In this document: piece after piece, positions 27,717 through 36,433 of the stretch
Layout of the letters: each line of letters starts with the position of its first letter
Position numbering within the stretch: the first letter of the stretch is position 1
Source of the DNA: Patescibacteria group bacterium UBA6532
GTDB taxonomy: Bacteria > Patescibacteriota > Minisyncoccia > Minisyncoccales > UBA6532
Assembly (NCBI GenBank): GCA_002434805.1
Contig: DJKW01000002.1
Coordinates: forward strand, 1 to 43,596
Direction of reading: 5' to 3'
DNA length: 43,596 bases
Made by a program: the position numbers and the translations under genes
Notes under the pieces: generated by a model
The model's database searches: none
What the model was told of the DNA's origin: nothing
Seen by the model: the letters and a program-made list of their open reading frames with translations, nothing else

Positions 27717-28730
27717 ATGATAGAAATTGACGGATCATTTGGGGAAGCTGGCGGTCAAATCCTAAGAACAGCCAGCGCTCTTTCGGCAGTTACCAAAAAA
27801 CCTTGCCGGATTTTTAATATCCGTCATGGCCGGATAAATCCTGGTTTAATGCCCCAACACCTTTTGGGAATTCAAGCCCTGTCTCAGTTTTGCAGCGGAA
27901 GATTGGAAGGGGACGAACTCGGTTCTGAAGAAATCAAGTTCTTTCCCGGTGAAGACTGTAAAGACCGAGTATTAATAAAGATTGAAACGGCAGGAAGTAT
28001 TACCTTGGCTTTGCAATTCTTAATTCCTTCGGCTCTTTTAGCTAAAAAATCAGTGAAGATTTCTTTTGATGGCGGCGGCACAGATACGTTTTTCTCTCCT
28101 ACTATAGATTATTTTCAACATGTTTTCTTAAAGGTTTTAGAAAAATTAGGGGGAAAGATAAATATGAATATTATAAAAAGAGGATATTATCCAGAAGGCG
28201 GCGCCAAAATTGAGGTGGAAGTTTTCCCTTCTAAATTAAAAGGCCTGGATTTAATTGAAAGAAACGATCTTAAAAAGATTTTAGCCTTTTCTGGAGCTTC
28301 TCAGTTTTTAAAACAAAAGAAGGTTGCTGAAAGACAGCTCCAGGGAGTAAGGGAAATCTTAGGGAAATTAAAATTACCGATTGAAGAAAAAATAGAATAT
28401 TTTCCAACAGAAAACCCCGGCAGCCAAATTGCTTTGGCGGCCATATTTGAAAATACGGTTATTGGCACAGATAACTTGGGAAAATTAGGAAAAAGAGCGG
28501 AAGAAATTGGAAAAGAAGCAGCCCTACAGCTCTTAAAAGAAGAAAGGTCAGGTGCCTGTTTAGACAAGCATATGGCTGATCAAATTCTGCCATACTTGGC
28601 TTTAGCTGGCGGTAAAAGCTCTGTCACCGTCTCTGAAATCACCAATCATTTAAAAACCAATATCTGGGTAATTGAAAAATTTTTGGGGAAGAAGTTTGAT
28701 ATAAAAGATAATTTAATTAGCTGGAAATAG
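27717..28730 (+). CDS. rtcA: RNA 3'-terminal phosphate cyclase
   Basis: IDGS.GE.GGQILR, IR..R..PGL..QH, GGTD, RGYYPEGG, D.HMADQ catalytic His, HL.TN. Confidence 0.95.
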   Translation: MIEIDGSFGEAGGQILRTASALSAVTKKPCRIFNIRHGRINPGLMPQHLLGIQALSQFCSGRLEGDELGSEEIKFFPGEDCKDRVLIKIETAGSITLALQFLIPSALLAKKSVKISFDGGGTDTFFSPTIDYFQHVFLKVLEKLGGKINMNIIKRGYYPEGGAKIEVEVFPSKLKGLDLIERNDLKKILAFSGASQFLKQKKVAERQLQGVREILGKLKLPIEEKIEYFPTENPGSQIALAAIFENTVIGTDNLGKLGKRAEEIGKEAALQLLKEERSGACLDKHMADQILPYLALAGGKSSVTVSEITNHLKTNIWVIEKFLGKKFDIKDNLISWK

Positions 28731-28737
28731 AATTAAC

Positions 28738-28768
28738 ACAAAAGTCCGCTTTAAAAGCGGACTTTTGT
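28738..28768. terminator. Bidirectional terminator
   Basis: ACAAAAGTCCGCTTT-A-AAAGCGGACTTTTGT inverted repeat between convergent genes. Confidence 0.85.
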
Positions 28769-28785
28769 ATTAAATTACGAGAAAC

Positions 28786-28968
28786 TTAGCGGCTAAATTG
28801 AGCTCTTCGCTTAGAATGACATTCTTTGCAATAAATCGGTCTGTCAGCAGAAGGTTGAAAAGGAAGTTCAGTGATCTTCCCTCCACAATCTATACAAGTC
28901 CAGTCACCCTGATGCATTTTTCGCTCAAATTGTTCGCCAGGTTTTCCTTCAAATTTTTGGAAAGCCAT
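28786..28968 (-). CDS. CxxC-x17-CxxC zinc-ribbon protein
   Basis: R.MH...CIDCG....LPF.P..DRP.YCKEC. Start most likely MAFQKF. Confidence 0.88.
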   Translation of the reverse strand: MAFQKFEGKPGEQFERKMHQGDWTCIDCGGKITELPFQPSADRPIYCKECHSKRRAQFSR

Positions 28969-28974
28969 GGATTT

Positions 28975-29160
28975 TAATGAATTCTTTATATAGACGCAAT
29001 ATAGTGAACCCAAGCGAAACGCGCTTAAGAACATGTAAATTTGCGCTATTGATTAGATAATTAAAACGACCTTTCTGGCTTCAAAGCCCGCTCTGCTTGA
29101 ATAAACATCTATTAAGTGAATTTGGACTTGAAAGCTTCTTTGAAGCAATGTTATCTGACT
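28975..29160 (-). ncRNA. Candidate structured 5' leader RNA
   Basis: GCTTCAAAG/CTTTGAAGC 9-bp stem; second domain GCGCAA..CTTAAGCG/CGCTTGGG..TTGCGT. Confidence 0.45.
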
Positions 29161-29164
29161 TAGT

Positions 29165-29527
29165 TCAGCATGTCAAATGGAACAGTCCTATTATCTTTCT
29201 TTGCCTCCCGTCTTCTTCCTCTGATTCGTCTGAAATAACGTTGAAAGTTTTAATTGCTTGTTCTGTAACATCAATAATTAGCTCAATCCCTTGAGATTCA
29301 ATCTCTCTTTTGGCAGCTTCTGTAACCTTGGCTGTTCCCGACTGGCCGGTCCCAATAACGATTATTTCTGGCTCTTGTTCAATCGCTTTTTCTAAATCTT
29401 CTATATCAATCAAGTGGTGCTCTCTCCGCCGCCATGACAAAACCTCGTCTGTCCAGCGCACCTCAACATCGTAAGTATAGGTTTTTCCGTTAATGGCAAT
29501 GGAGCCAAAATTGTACTCTTCTATCAT
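29165..29527 (-). CDS. Mth938-like (DUF498/598) protein
   Basis: I..Y.FG.I.I.G..Y..D, PE.IVIGTG, T..A...FN, ends FHLTC. Confidence 0.88.
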   Translation of the reverse strand: MIEEYNFGSIAINGKTYTYDVEVRWTDEVLSWRRREHHLIDIEDLEKAIEQEPEIIVIGTGQSGTAKVTEAAKREIESQGIELIIDVTEQAIKTFNVISDESEEEDGRQRKIIGLFHLTC

Positions 29528-30774
29528 AATAATGTTTTTTGCTTGGATAAGGTTTTTTCTTCTCCTTTAGAAAAAATCTTGATTTTACCGAAAACCCCGT
29601 CATACCCCGGCTCAATGAAAACCTTGCCTTCTCTTACCCTGACAATGCCCTCGGCAATTTCCGGCAAAGTTGAAGACTTAAGATCTTTTAAAGGAATCTC
29701 CAATAAAATTTTGAACTCTGTATTGAATTTTTTAATTAAATTCTGGTATTCATTGCCAACTTTCTTCGTGTTAACCGATGAAACTCCTAGAGCGGCAGCG
29801 ATAATTTCTTGGAGAGGAATTAAGCTTTTAAAAGGAATGGCTTTAACTGGCTTTAAGTTGTCTGGCCTGTCAGCAAGCTCTTCTACTCTATTAAGAACTC
29901 CGACGGTTAAGGGCTTACCGCAAGCAGGGCAAATATTATTATACTTTCTTGATTCTTCCGGAGTAAGGCGAATCTCGCAATTCCGGTGCCCATCATAGTG
30001 ATATTTGCCCTCTTCGGGGAAAAATTCAATGGTGGACAGGAACTTTTGAGGATCTTTTGATTTTATTGCTTGAAGAATTGCCAGATAACTTATTTCTACA
30101 TCAAAAACATTTGCCTCCCTTCCGATTTTGCTAGGGGAATGGGCGTCTGAATTTGAAATTAAGGCAATGTTGTCCAAAGACGACAATCGCCAGTTCATCT
30201 TAGGGTCTGAAGAAAGGCCTGTTTCCATAGCATAAATATATTTGGAATAATCTCCGAAACACTCTTCAATAGAATCAAATCCTGATTTGGACCCGAAAAT
30301 AGAAAACCAAGGAGTCCAGATATGAGCTGGCACCACTAAACAGTCTGAAGAAGCATCTAAAATAATCTTTGCTAATTTTTCAGCATCCAGTCCCAAGATT
30401 GGCCTGCCGTCTGATTTTAAATTGCCTATGCAATTCAAGTGAGCGTTAATTTTATCTACTGCCTCAAAGCCAGGAGCGAAAACAAGAATATGAATTCTCC
30501 GAACCTGATTATTTTTAGAATAAATACAGCTGATTTCAGCGGTTAAAATAAACCTGGTTCCTTTATTAGTATTTTTTACTTTAAAGAGGCCTGGCTCAGC
30601 CGGCTCTAATTTATCTTTTAAGCTTTTTAGCCATTCGGGATGGGTAAAGTCTCCGGTTCCTAGAACTTTTATTCCTTTGATTTTCGCCCATTTATCCAAG
30701 CTCTCAAGGTTCATCTCTTTTGAGGTAGCTCGGGAATATTTACTATGAATATGAAAATCAGCTATAAATTGCAT
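29524..30774 (-). CDS. Endonuclease Q family PHP/zinc-finger protein
   Basis: DFHIHSKYS, GTGDFTHP, PAH.WTPW, ETGLS, SNSDAHS, GKYH, CPACG, GV..R, PGYDG. Confidence 0.88.
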   Translation of the reverse strand: MQFIADFHIHSKYSRATSKEMNLESLDKWAKIKGIKVLGTGDFTHPEWLKSLKDKLEPAEPGLFKVKNTNKGTRFILTAEISCIYSKNNQVRRIHILVFAPGFEAVDKINAHLNCIGNLKSDGRPILGLDAEKLAKIILDASSDCLVVPAHIWTPWFSIFGSKSGFDSIEECFGDYSKYIYAMETGLSSDPKMNWRLSSLDNIALISNSDAHSPSKIGREANVFDVEISYLAILQAIKSKDPQKFLSTIEFFPEEGKYHYDGHRNCEIRLTPEESRKYNNICPACGKPLTVGVLNRVEELADRPDNLKPVKAIPFKSLIPLQEIIAAALGVSSVNTKKVGNEYQNLIKKFNTEFKILLEIPLKDLKSSTLPEIAEGIVRVREGKVFIEPGYDGVFGKIKIFSKGEEKTLSKQKTLL

Positions 30775-30830
30775 GTTTTTAACGTATAATAGCTTATTAC
30801 TCTTTTTGGGTCAAAAACTAAAATGAGGTT

Positions 30831-31949
30831 TTATCTCCAAATGAAATAGAAAATCTCCAGAATAACGCCCAAGATAAAGAAAATCGGGAGAATATAGAAT
30901 AAAGGGTTCATTTTCTTTGATAACATTTTCTTTGAAAACTCTCGGTAAAGAAAAACAATTATCACTCCCTCTATTCCAATAGCTATAGCTCCGGTAAAGC
31001 CGATTATATCAATGAATTTTCTAATACCTAAAAGAAAGAGAAAAAGGGGAATAAAAGAGGCAATAAACCAGGAAAGATTTTTGGATAAACCGAGGTCATA
31101 CCAAAAAACCTTTTTTAAAGTTAATCCCAAGGTAAGGAAAGAAGTAAAACAGGTAATAATTCCAAATAAAAAACCCAGGCGAATAATATTACTTCCCAGA
31201 ACAGAAGATAATCCGGAAATAGCCTCTTTTGAAGTATTTGGGCCGGAAGTCCCGAAAACAATAAAAATAAACAATAAATAAGTAAAAGTAGATATTAAGA
31301 TTCCAGTAGTAATCACTTTTCTCAGCATTTTTCTGTCGCCTTGAACCATTTCTTTGATTTCCGGAACTATGGCAGATCCCCATAAAGAAAAGAGGATCAC
31401 TCCATAGGGAAAAATGAGGAATTTAACATTAATTTCTTTAAAGTAGTTGATATCAATGGAAGGCAGGGCTTTTATTAAAAATAAAAGAACAATAGAAAAG
31501 AAAATGACCAAAAGAGAAAGCTCTATTTCAGAAATACTTTTAATTCCCCGAAAAATCAAATAACTTCCGAAGCTAAAAAACAATAAGGTATAAATAATTG
31601 GGCTTCCACCAAACTGAGAACCCAAAAAGAGGTGTAAAAATTCACCGCCGACTATCAAGTAAGCGAGGAGAGCGCCAAAGAGTCCCAAAACCACCGTTAG
31701 AATACTAATTTTTTCCCAGTTCCTTCCAAGATACTCTCTGGTATAGCCCGGCAGACGATGCAGCTCTTTTGTTCCAAAAGAAACTTCTCCGTAGATAAAA
31801 TGAATGAAAATTGCAATTATTGAAAGTAATAAGAAATAAAAAACAACCGGTAAAAAACCGGCCTTTGAAACAACAAAAGGCAAGACGAAAATCCCTACTC
31901 CGATAATAGTACCGGTAAAAACAGAAAGAATCTTGAGAAACTTCAACAT
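30831..31949 (-). CDS. Aromatic amino acid permease family transporter
   Basis: GTIIGVG.F.LP, Y.E, PYGV.LF...G...VP, TSF; about 11 TM segments. Confidence 0.85.
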   Translation of the reverse strand: MLKFLKILSVFTGTIIGVGIFVLPFVVSKAGFLPVVFYFLLLSIIAIFIHFIYGEVSFGTKELHRLPGYTREYLGRNWEKISILTVVLGLFGALLAYLIVGGEFLHLFLGSQFGGSPIIYTLLFFSFGSYLIFRGIKSISEIELSLLVIFFSIVLLFLIKALPSIDINYFKEINVKFLIFPYGVILFSLWGSAIVPEIKEMVQGDRKMLRKVITTGILISTFTYLLFIFIVFGTSGPNTSKEAISGLSSVLGSNIIRLGFLFGIITCFTSFLTLGLTLKKVFWYDLGLSKNLSWFIASFIPLFLFLLGIRKFIDIIGFTGAIAIGIEGVIIVFLYREFSKKMLSKKMNPLFYILPIFFILGVILEIFYFIWR

Positions 31950-31958
31950 TGTTTACGT

Positions 31959-32292
31959 TTACTTTATCAGCTTAATTCCCAAATTAGCAATTTGGCTTCC
32001 TCCAAAAATTAAAATTCCAGCTAAAATTGACCAAATAACCAAATTTAAAAGTTTGGGAACAGAACCTAAAGGCAATATGTTCTTTAACTGCTCTTCAATT
32101 ATTGATTCAAATTGAGACTCTAAGCCCTGATTTTCGATTTTTTCAGATACAACAGCTTCTTCTGCTGTCATCTCAAAAAATTGGGGGGGCCTCAGCCCGA
32201 ACAGTAAAAATATTATAGGAAGAATAGAGCGTCCAGAAGATAATCCCTATTCCAGTTATTAATAGAATGAATCCAGTAATTCTTTTTGCCAT
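31959..32292 (-). pseudogene. Two-TM membrane protein gene split by a single extra base in a homopolymer
   Basis: ATG 32292 gives MAKRITGFILLITGIGIIFWTLYSSYNIFTVRAEAPPIF*. The span is 334 nt (3n+1). Removing one base from C7/T6 at 32175-32189 fuses it to ORF 31959-32171. Confidence 0.75.
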
Positions 32293-32322
32293 AAACAAGC
32301 AATGCTTTAACTTAATTATATC

Positions 32323-32625
32323 TTAAAGAAACCTATTAAGCCATTTTAAATAATTCTTAGTTACCTTGCCAATAGGAATCTCTACAATGCAAGGGGCAGT
32401 ATAGCTGTGGTTTTTTCTGATAAATTTCTCAATCTTTTTAAAATTTCCTTTCTTAGTTTTAATAACCATGGTGAATTCTTTGTCTTTTTGGATTTTCCCT
32501 TTCCAAGAATAGATTGAATCAATGGGAAAAATATTAACGCAACCAGCTAGCTTTTTTTCAACCAGCTTTTCTCCAATGTCTTTTACTTCTTTTTTCTTTG
32601 GAAAAGTAGAATAGATAAAAATCAT
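32323..32625 (-). CDS. cutA: Divalent-cation tolerance protein CutA
   Basis: LAGCVNI, SIY.W.G, KT, HSY..P.I. Confidence 0.93.
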   Translation of the reverse strand: MIFIYSTFPKKKEVKDIGEKLVEKKLAGCVNIFPIDSIYSWKGKIQKDKEFTMVIKTKKGNFKKIEKFIRKNHSYTAPCIVEIPIGKVTKNYLKWLNRFL

Positions 32626-32635
32626 ATTGATTCAT

Positions 32636-33472
32636 TTAACCTTCAATTAGTTCGTAGTCTTCTTCGCTTTTCGCTCCCAAGCCCAGCTCTACTGCTCTTT
32701 TTATCTGGGGAAATTCCCATAAAGGCAAGTCTAATTTGTTTTTAGCCGGAAAGCTTTTCAAAATTTTAAGGCCTTCAACGTCAATGGCAATCCTATCTAT
32801 GCCAGCTAAAATCAAATTTGGCTCTCTAACATCACCCTTGTCTGGCCCTCGAGTAACGAAACACTTCCTGGCATCCATAATAATTAAATCCGGCTTAAAA
32901 AGAGTATTTAATTCAGCAACTTTCTCTTCAAGTTTTCTTAAATGAAGAAAAACTCTTTCTGGAGCCTTCATAAATCCTACTGCTAACTTCAAGCTGGCAG
33001 TGAACCTGGATTGGATATGAGTTTTTAGGCAGGGCAGTAGGATTATTCTGTCTACTCTATCTAAAACATAGGAAACACTGACTTTTTTTAAATATTTTCC
33101 CTGGGGAATTTCCTTTTTCACCCATTCTCTTTCTTCTAAAACGTAAACCTTGGCTCCCAGTCTCTGGCATGCATCAAATACTCCTCTCTTTTCTAAAATC
33201 TTTCTAGTATTTAAAGAAAAAGTGGAAGATTCTCCTATTATTACTGCTTTTGCGCCGGCAGCATAAATTGACGGGATAATTGCTTCAAAAATATCTAGAG
33301 AAGTAGAACCAGGAAAAGGATCGGCTGTATTGTAATTTGGCTTTAATAGGACTACTTCGTGTGGTGAAATAAACTTCTTCCAACCGCCGAGCAGATTAAC
33401 TGCTTTTTGGATGGACTCTTTTATGTCGCCTTTATGTTTAATTTTACTGATTAAATTTTTATCTTCCATCAT
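32636..33472 (-). CDS. DUF362 domain protein
   Basis: VLLKPN, GES, LP.LKTH, T.SLK...G, PDL.IMD, D.IAID. Confidence 0.85.
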   Translation of the reverse strand: MMEDKNLISKIKHKGDIKESIQKAVNLLGGWKKFISPHEVVLLKPNYNTADPFPGSTSLDIFEAIIPSIYAAGAKAVIIGESSTFSLNTRKILEKRGVFDACQRLGAKVYVLEEREWVKKEIPQGKYLKKVSVSYVLDRVDRIILLPCLKTHIQSRFTASLKLAVGFMKAPERVFLHLRKLEEKVAELNTLFKPDLIIMDARKCFVTRGPDKGDVREPNLILAGIDRIAIDVEGLKILKSFPAKNKLDLPLWEFPQIKRAVELGLGAKSEEDYELIEG

Positions 33473-33520
33473 ATTTTATATTACCCCCCAGACCAAACAA
33501 GAGCAAGACGCTTAAATATA

Positions 33521-33547
33521 AAATAAAACCGTGGTTTAAATCCACGG
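33521..33547 (-). terminator. Probable intrinsic terminator
   Basis: CCGTGG/CCACGG stem plus a minus-strand T-rich tail. Confidence 0.55.
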
Positions 33548-33607
33548 AAAAGACAAATCTAACAAAAGCCACTAACTTTCGTGATTAGTTCTGAATTCTT
33601 TTAGTTA

Positions 33608-33883
33608 TTATAATTTATAAACCTTGTATCCTTCTCTAATCTTCTGATCAACTTTTAATCCGAGGGAATCTCCCTTTTTTGCCTTCTCCACCTTCTTGTG
33701 CTCCACCTCCATTGATTTTACTTGCTGCTCAAAATCAGTGTCCTCGCCTCCTATAATCTTAATAGTATCTCCTACTTTAAGTGAATCGGAAAGCTTAATA
33801 ACCCCTACTCCGATATTTCCAAAGTAGTGAGTAATTGCTCCTATCAGTTTTCCCTCTTCTTTTTTAACCTCTTTTTTGACCAT
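33608..33883 (-). CDS. Stand-alone translation-factor-like beta-barrel protein (resembles the U32 peptidase C-terminal domain)
   Basis: IG.ITHYF..IGV.VI.L...LKVGD.I, F.Q.V.SM, A.KGD..G.KV...REG.KVY. Confidence 0.8.
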   Translation of the reverse strand: MVKKEVKKEEGKLIGAITHYFGNIGVGVIKLSDSLKVGDTIKIIGGEDTDFEQQVKSMEVEHKKVEKAKKGDSLGLKVDQKIREGYKVYKL

Positions 33884-33984
33884 GCTAAATAATAGCTTTT
33901 AATTTAATCTTCGACCTTGTTTGGTATACTTATATTATAGCAAAAGGATGTTATTTAAACCATCGTTTCTCTATGGCTTCAATG

Positions 33985-34056
33985 TGCCCTCGAGAGGAGT
34001 CGAACCCCTATCTCAAGCTCCGGAAGCTCGTATTCTATCCATTGAACTACGAAGGC
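33985..34056 (-). tRNA. tRNA-Arg(CCG)
   Basis: GCCTTCGTAGTTCAATGGATAGAA..CGAGC-TT-CCG-GA-GCTTG..GGTTCGACTCC..CGAGGGC-A. CCA not encoded. Confidence 0.95.
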
Positions 34057-34745
34057 TTTTTAGCAACTAAATAAATGTTTTGGCGGTTACCCCTTTTATT
34101 CTTTATAACACCAATGTCTTTAATCTTAAAACCGGCTTTTCTTGCCAGGCTTATCAATTCTTTTTTTGAAAAATAATGGTAATATCTTTTAATCTTTTTG
34201 CCCCAGGGATCTAAAATATCGCCAAAATCCAATTTAGACAAGCCAAATAATCTTAAAATTCCAAACTTAATAATTAAAAACAACTCTTCAATCCGGTGAA
34301 ATCTCCAAACAGTCATTATTAAAAGTCCTTCTGGCTTTAAAACTCTTTTGGCTTCTTTTAAAAAGCTTAGACGAAATTCTTGGGAAGGAATATGATGTAA
34401 AACAGCAATGCTATAAATCTTATCAAAGTGATTGTCTGGAAAAGGCAAATTTAAAGCGTCTGCTGTTTGAAACTTAGCTGAAGAATGCCTGGCTTGGGCA
34501 ATCTTAATTAACTTTTTAGAACTATCTACGCCAACATAATCTGCCTTTTTTTCTTGAAAGAACTCAAAAAAACGAGCGTTGGCGCACCCGAGATCTAAAA
34601 CCTTCTCTCTGGCAACCAAATAATCATCAAAGAGAAATTTAATCTCCGGCCAAGGTTTCTCCCTGGTTCTTGCAAATTCCTCGGCTATTAAGTTATAATC
34701 TTGGGTAGTCTTTTCTAAAAGATGTTCAGCAAAATCTCGTTGCAT
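34047..34745 (-). CDS. Class I SAM methyltransferase resembling Trm9/ALKBH8 tRNA U34 carboxyl methyltransferases
   Basis: Y..IA..F..TR..PWP, LDLGC.N.R, GVD.S, D...LP, SIAVLHHI, LKP.G...TVW, RYYH.F...EL. Confidence 0.85.
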   Translation of the reverse strand: MQRDFAEHLLEKTTQDYNLIAEEFARTREKPWPEIKFLFDDYLVAREKVLDLGCANARFFEFFQEKKADYVGVDSSKKLIKIAQARHSSAKFQTADALNLPFPDNHFDKIYSIAVLHHIPSQEFRLSFLKEAKRVLKPEGLLIMTVWRFHRIEELFLIIKFGILRLFGLSKLDFGDILDPWGKKIKRYYHYFSKKELISLARKAGFKIKDIGVIKNKRGNRQNIYLVAKKPS

Positions 34746-36320
34746 ATGGAAACCAATGAAATTACAATCAAAAGCTTAATAAAAACTCGAGCTAAAACTC
34801 CTGATGATTTGGCATTGATGAAGAGAAAAATATCCAAAAAGCATAAAATTCCTCTGTCCACCAATTCAGAACTATTAAAAGCATATCATAAATTAGTTAA
34901 AAAAAGAACGATCAAAGAGAATAAAGGGCTGGAAAACCTTTTACGCCTCAGAAAAATCCGTTCTCTTTCTGGAATTGTCGTAGTTTCCGTTCTAACCAAG
35001 CCTTATTCTTGTCCTGGCAGATGCCTCTATTGCCCAACCCAAAAAGGAATCCCTAAAAGCTATCTGGACGGGGAGCCAGCTGTTATGAGGGCGATTTTTA
35101 ATAAATTTGACCCTTATTCACAAGTTCAAAACAGGATAAAAGCTTTAAATAACATCGGGCATCTCACAGACAAAATTGAATTAAGGATTATTGGAGGAAC
35201 TTGGAGTTATTACCCAAAACAATACCAAAATTGGTTTATCAAAAGGTGCTTTGAAGCTTGCAACCAAAGAAAATCTAAAAGCTTAAAGCAAAGCCAAAAA
35301 CTGAATGAAAAAGCCAAACGCCGAATTGTTGGCCTTACTGTTGAAACGAGGCCAGATTATATTACAGATAAAGAAATAAAAAGACTGAGAGAATTGGGCG
35401 TTACCAGGGTTGAGCTTGGAATACAAAGCATTTATGAAGATGTATTGAAATTAAACAAACGCGACCACGGAATTAAAGAAGCAGTTAAAGCTACCCAGCT
35501 CTTAAAATATGCCGGCTTTAAAATCTGCTACCAGATGATGCCGAATTTGCCGGGCTCTTCCATAAAGCGCGACAAAAAGATGTTTAAAGAATTGTTTTTA
35601 AACCCCGACTTTCAGCCCGACCTCTTAAAAATTTATCCCTGTGCCTTGTTAAAGGAAGCTCCTATCTACAAAATCTGGAAGAGAATGAAATACAAGCCCT
35701 ATTCAGAAAAAGAGCTAATAAGACTAATAAAAGATATTAAAAAAAACATACCTTATTACTGCCGAATTCAAAGAATAATCAGAGATTTCCCTTCGCAAAA
35801 AATAGTAAAAGGAGGGGTTAAAATATCTAATTTACGCCAAATCTTGGCTGAAAACTCCAAAAATGAGGATTGGAAATGCCATTGTATAAGATGCCGGGAA
35901 GTAAAAGAAAACTATAATCCAAAAGAAAAACTTTATCTTTTTAAAGAAAGCTACCTTGCTTCCAACGGAAAAGAAGTATTTTTGAGTTTTGAAAGTAAGG
36001 AGAGGGAAAAACTCTATAGTCTTTTGCGCCTACGCATAAACGCCAAATCTCGTTATATCATACCTGTTTTAAAGAATGCAGCGATAATTAGAGAGCTCCA
36101 TACCTACGGCCAACTCCACCCTATTAATGAAGATAAAGTTTCTATAATTTCACCGCAGCACAAGGGCTTGGGCAAAAAGCTAATTAAAGAAGCAGAAAAA
36201 ATAGCCAAAAAAGAATTTGGCTTATCTAAAATTGCAGCGATCTCAGCTATAGGAACAAGAAGTTACTGGAGAAAACTAGGATATAAGTTAAAAGATACTT
36301 ATATGGTAAAAGAAATATAA
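34746..36320 (+). CDS. elp3: Elp3-like tRNA uridine(34) acetyltransferase (radical SAM + GNAT)
   Basis: RSLSG, CP.RCLYCP, PKSY...EPA, GGT, ETRPD, ELGIQS, PD.LKIYP, R.QRIIRD, C.CIRCRE, RELHTYG, QH.GLG, G.R.YW.KLGY. Start revised to ATG 34746. Confidence 0.95.
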   Translation: METNEITIKSLIKTRAKTPDDLALMKRKISKKHKIPLSTNSELLKAYHKLVKKRTIKENKGLENLLRLRKIRSLSGIVVVSVLTKPYSCPGRCLYCPTQKGIPKSYLDGEPAVMRAIFNKFDPYSQVQNRIKALNNIGHLTDKIELRIIGGTWSYYPKQYQNWFIKRCFEACNQRKSKSLKQSQKLNEKAKRRIVGLTVETRPDYITDKEIKRLRELGVTRVELGIQSIYEDVLKLNKRDHGIKEAVKATQLLKYAGFKICYQMMPNLPGSSIKRDKKMFKELFLNPDFQPDLLKIYPCALLKEAPIYKIWKRMKYKPYSEKELIRLIKDIKKNIPYYCRIQRIIRDFPSQKIVKGGVKISNLRQILAENSKNEDWKCHCIRCREVKENYNPKEKLYLFKESYLASNGKEVFLSFESKEREKLYSLLRLRINAKSRYIIPVLKNAAIIRELHTYGQLHPINEDKVSIISPQHKGLGKKLIKEAEKIAKKEFGLSKIAAISAIGTRSYWRKLGYKLKDTYMVKEI

Positions 36321-36349
36321 AAAAGGCTCATATTATGAGTCCTTTTTAT
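36318..36349. terminator. Bidirectional terminator after elp3
   Basis: AAAAAGGCTCATA-T-TATGAGTCCTTTTT hairpin with a single bulge. Confidence 0.75.
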
Positions 36350-36433
36350 TTCTTTTTTGATTTATACTTGGAAACTTTTTGGGATTTTTGATATATAAAG
36401 GGGCTGGGAGTACGGTAGGCAGTTTTTCCTTTC

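Noticed and set aside
32173-32175. UGA recoding (genetic code 25 or selenocysteine) to explain the split gene
   Set aside because: Read-through stays in the wrong frame, and TGA acts as a normal stop elsewhere (nrdJ, adenosyltransferase, Mth938-like).
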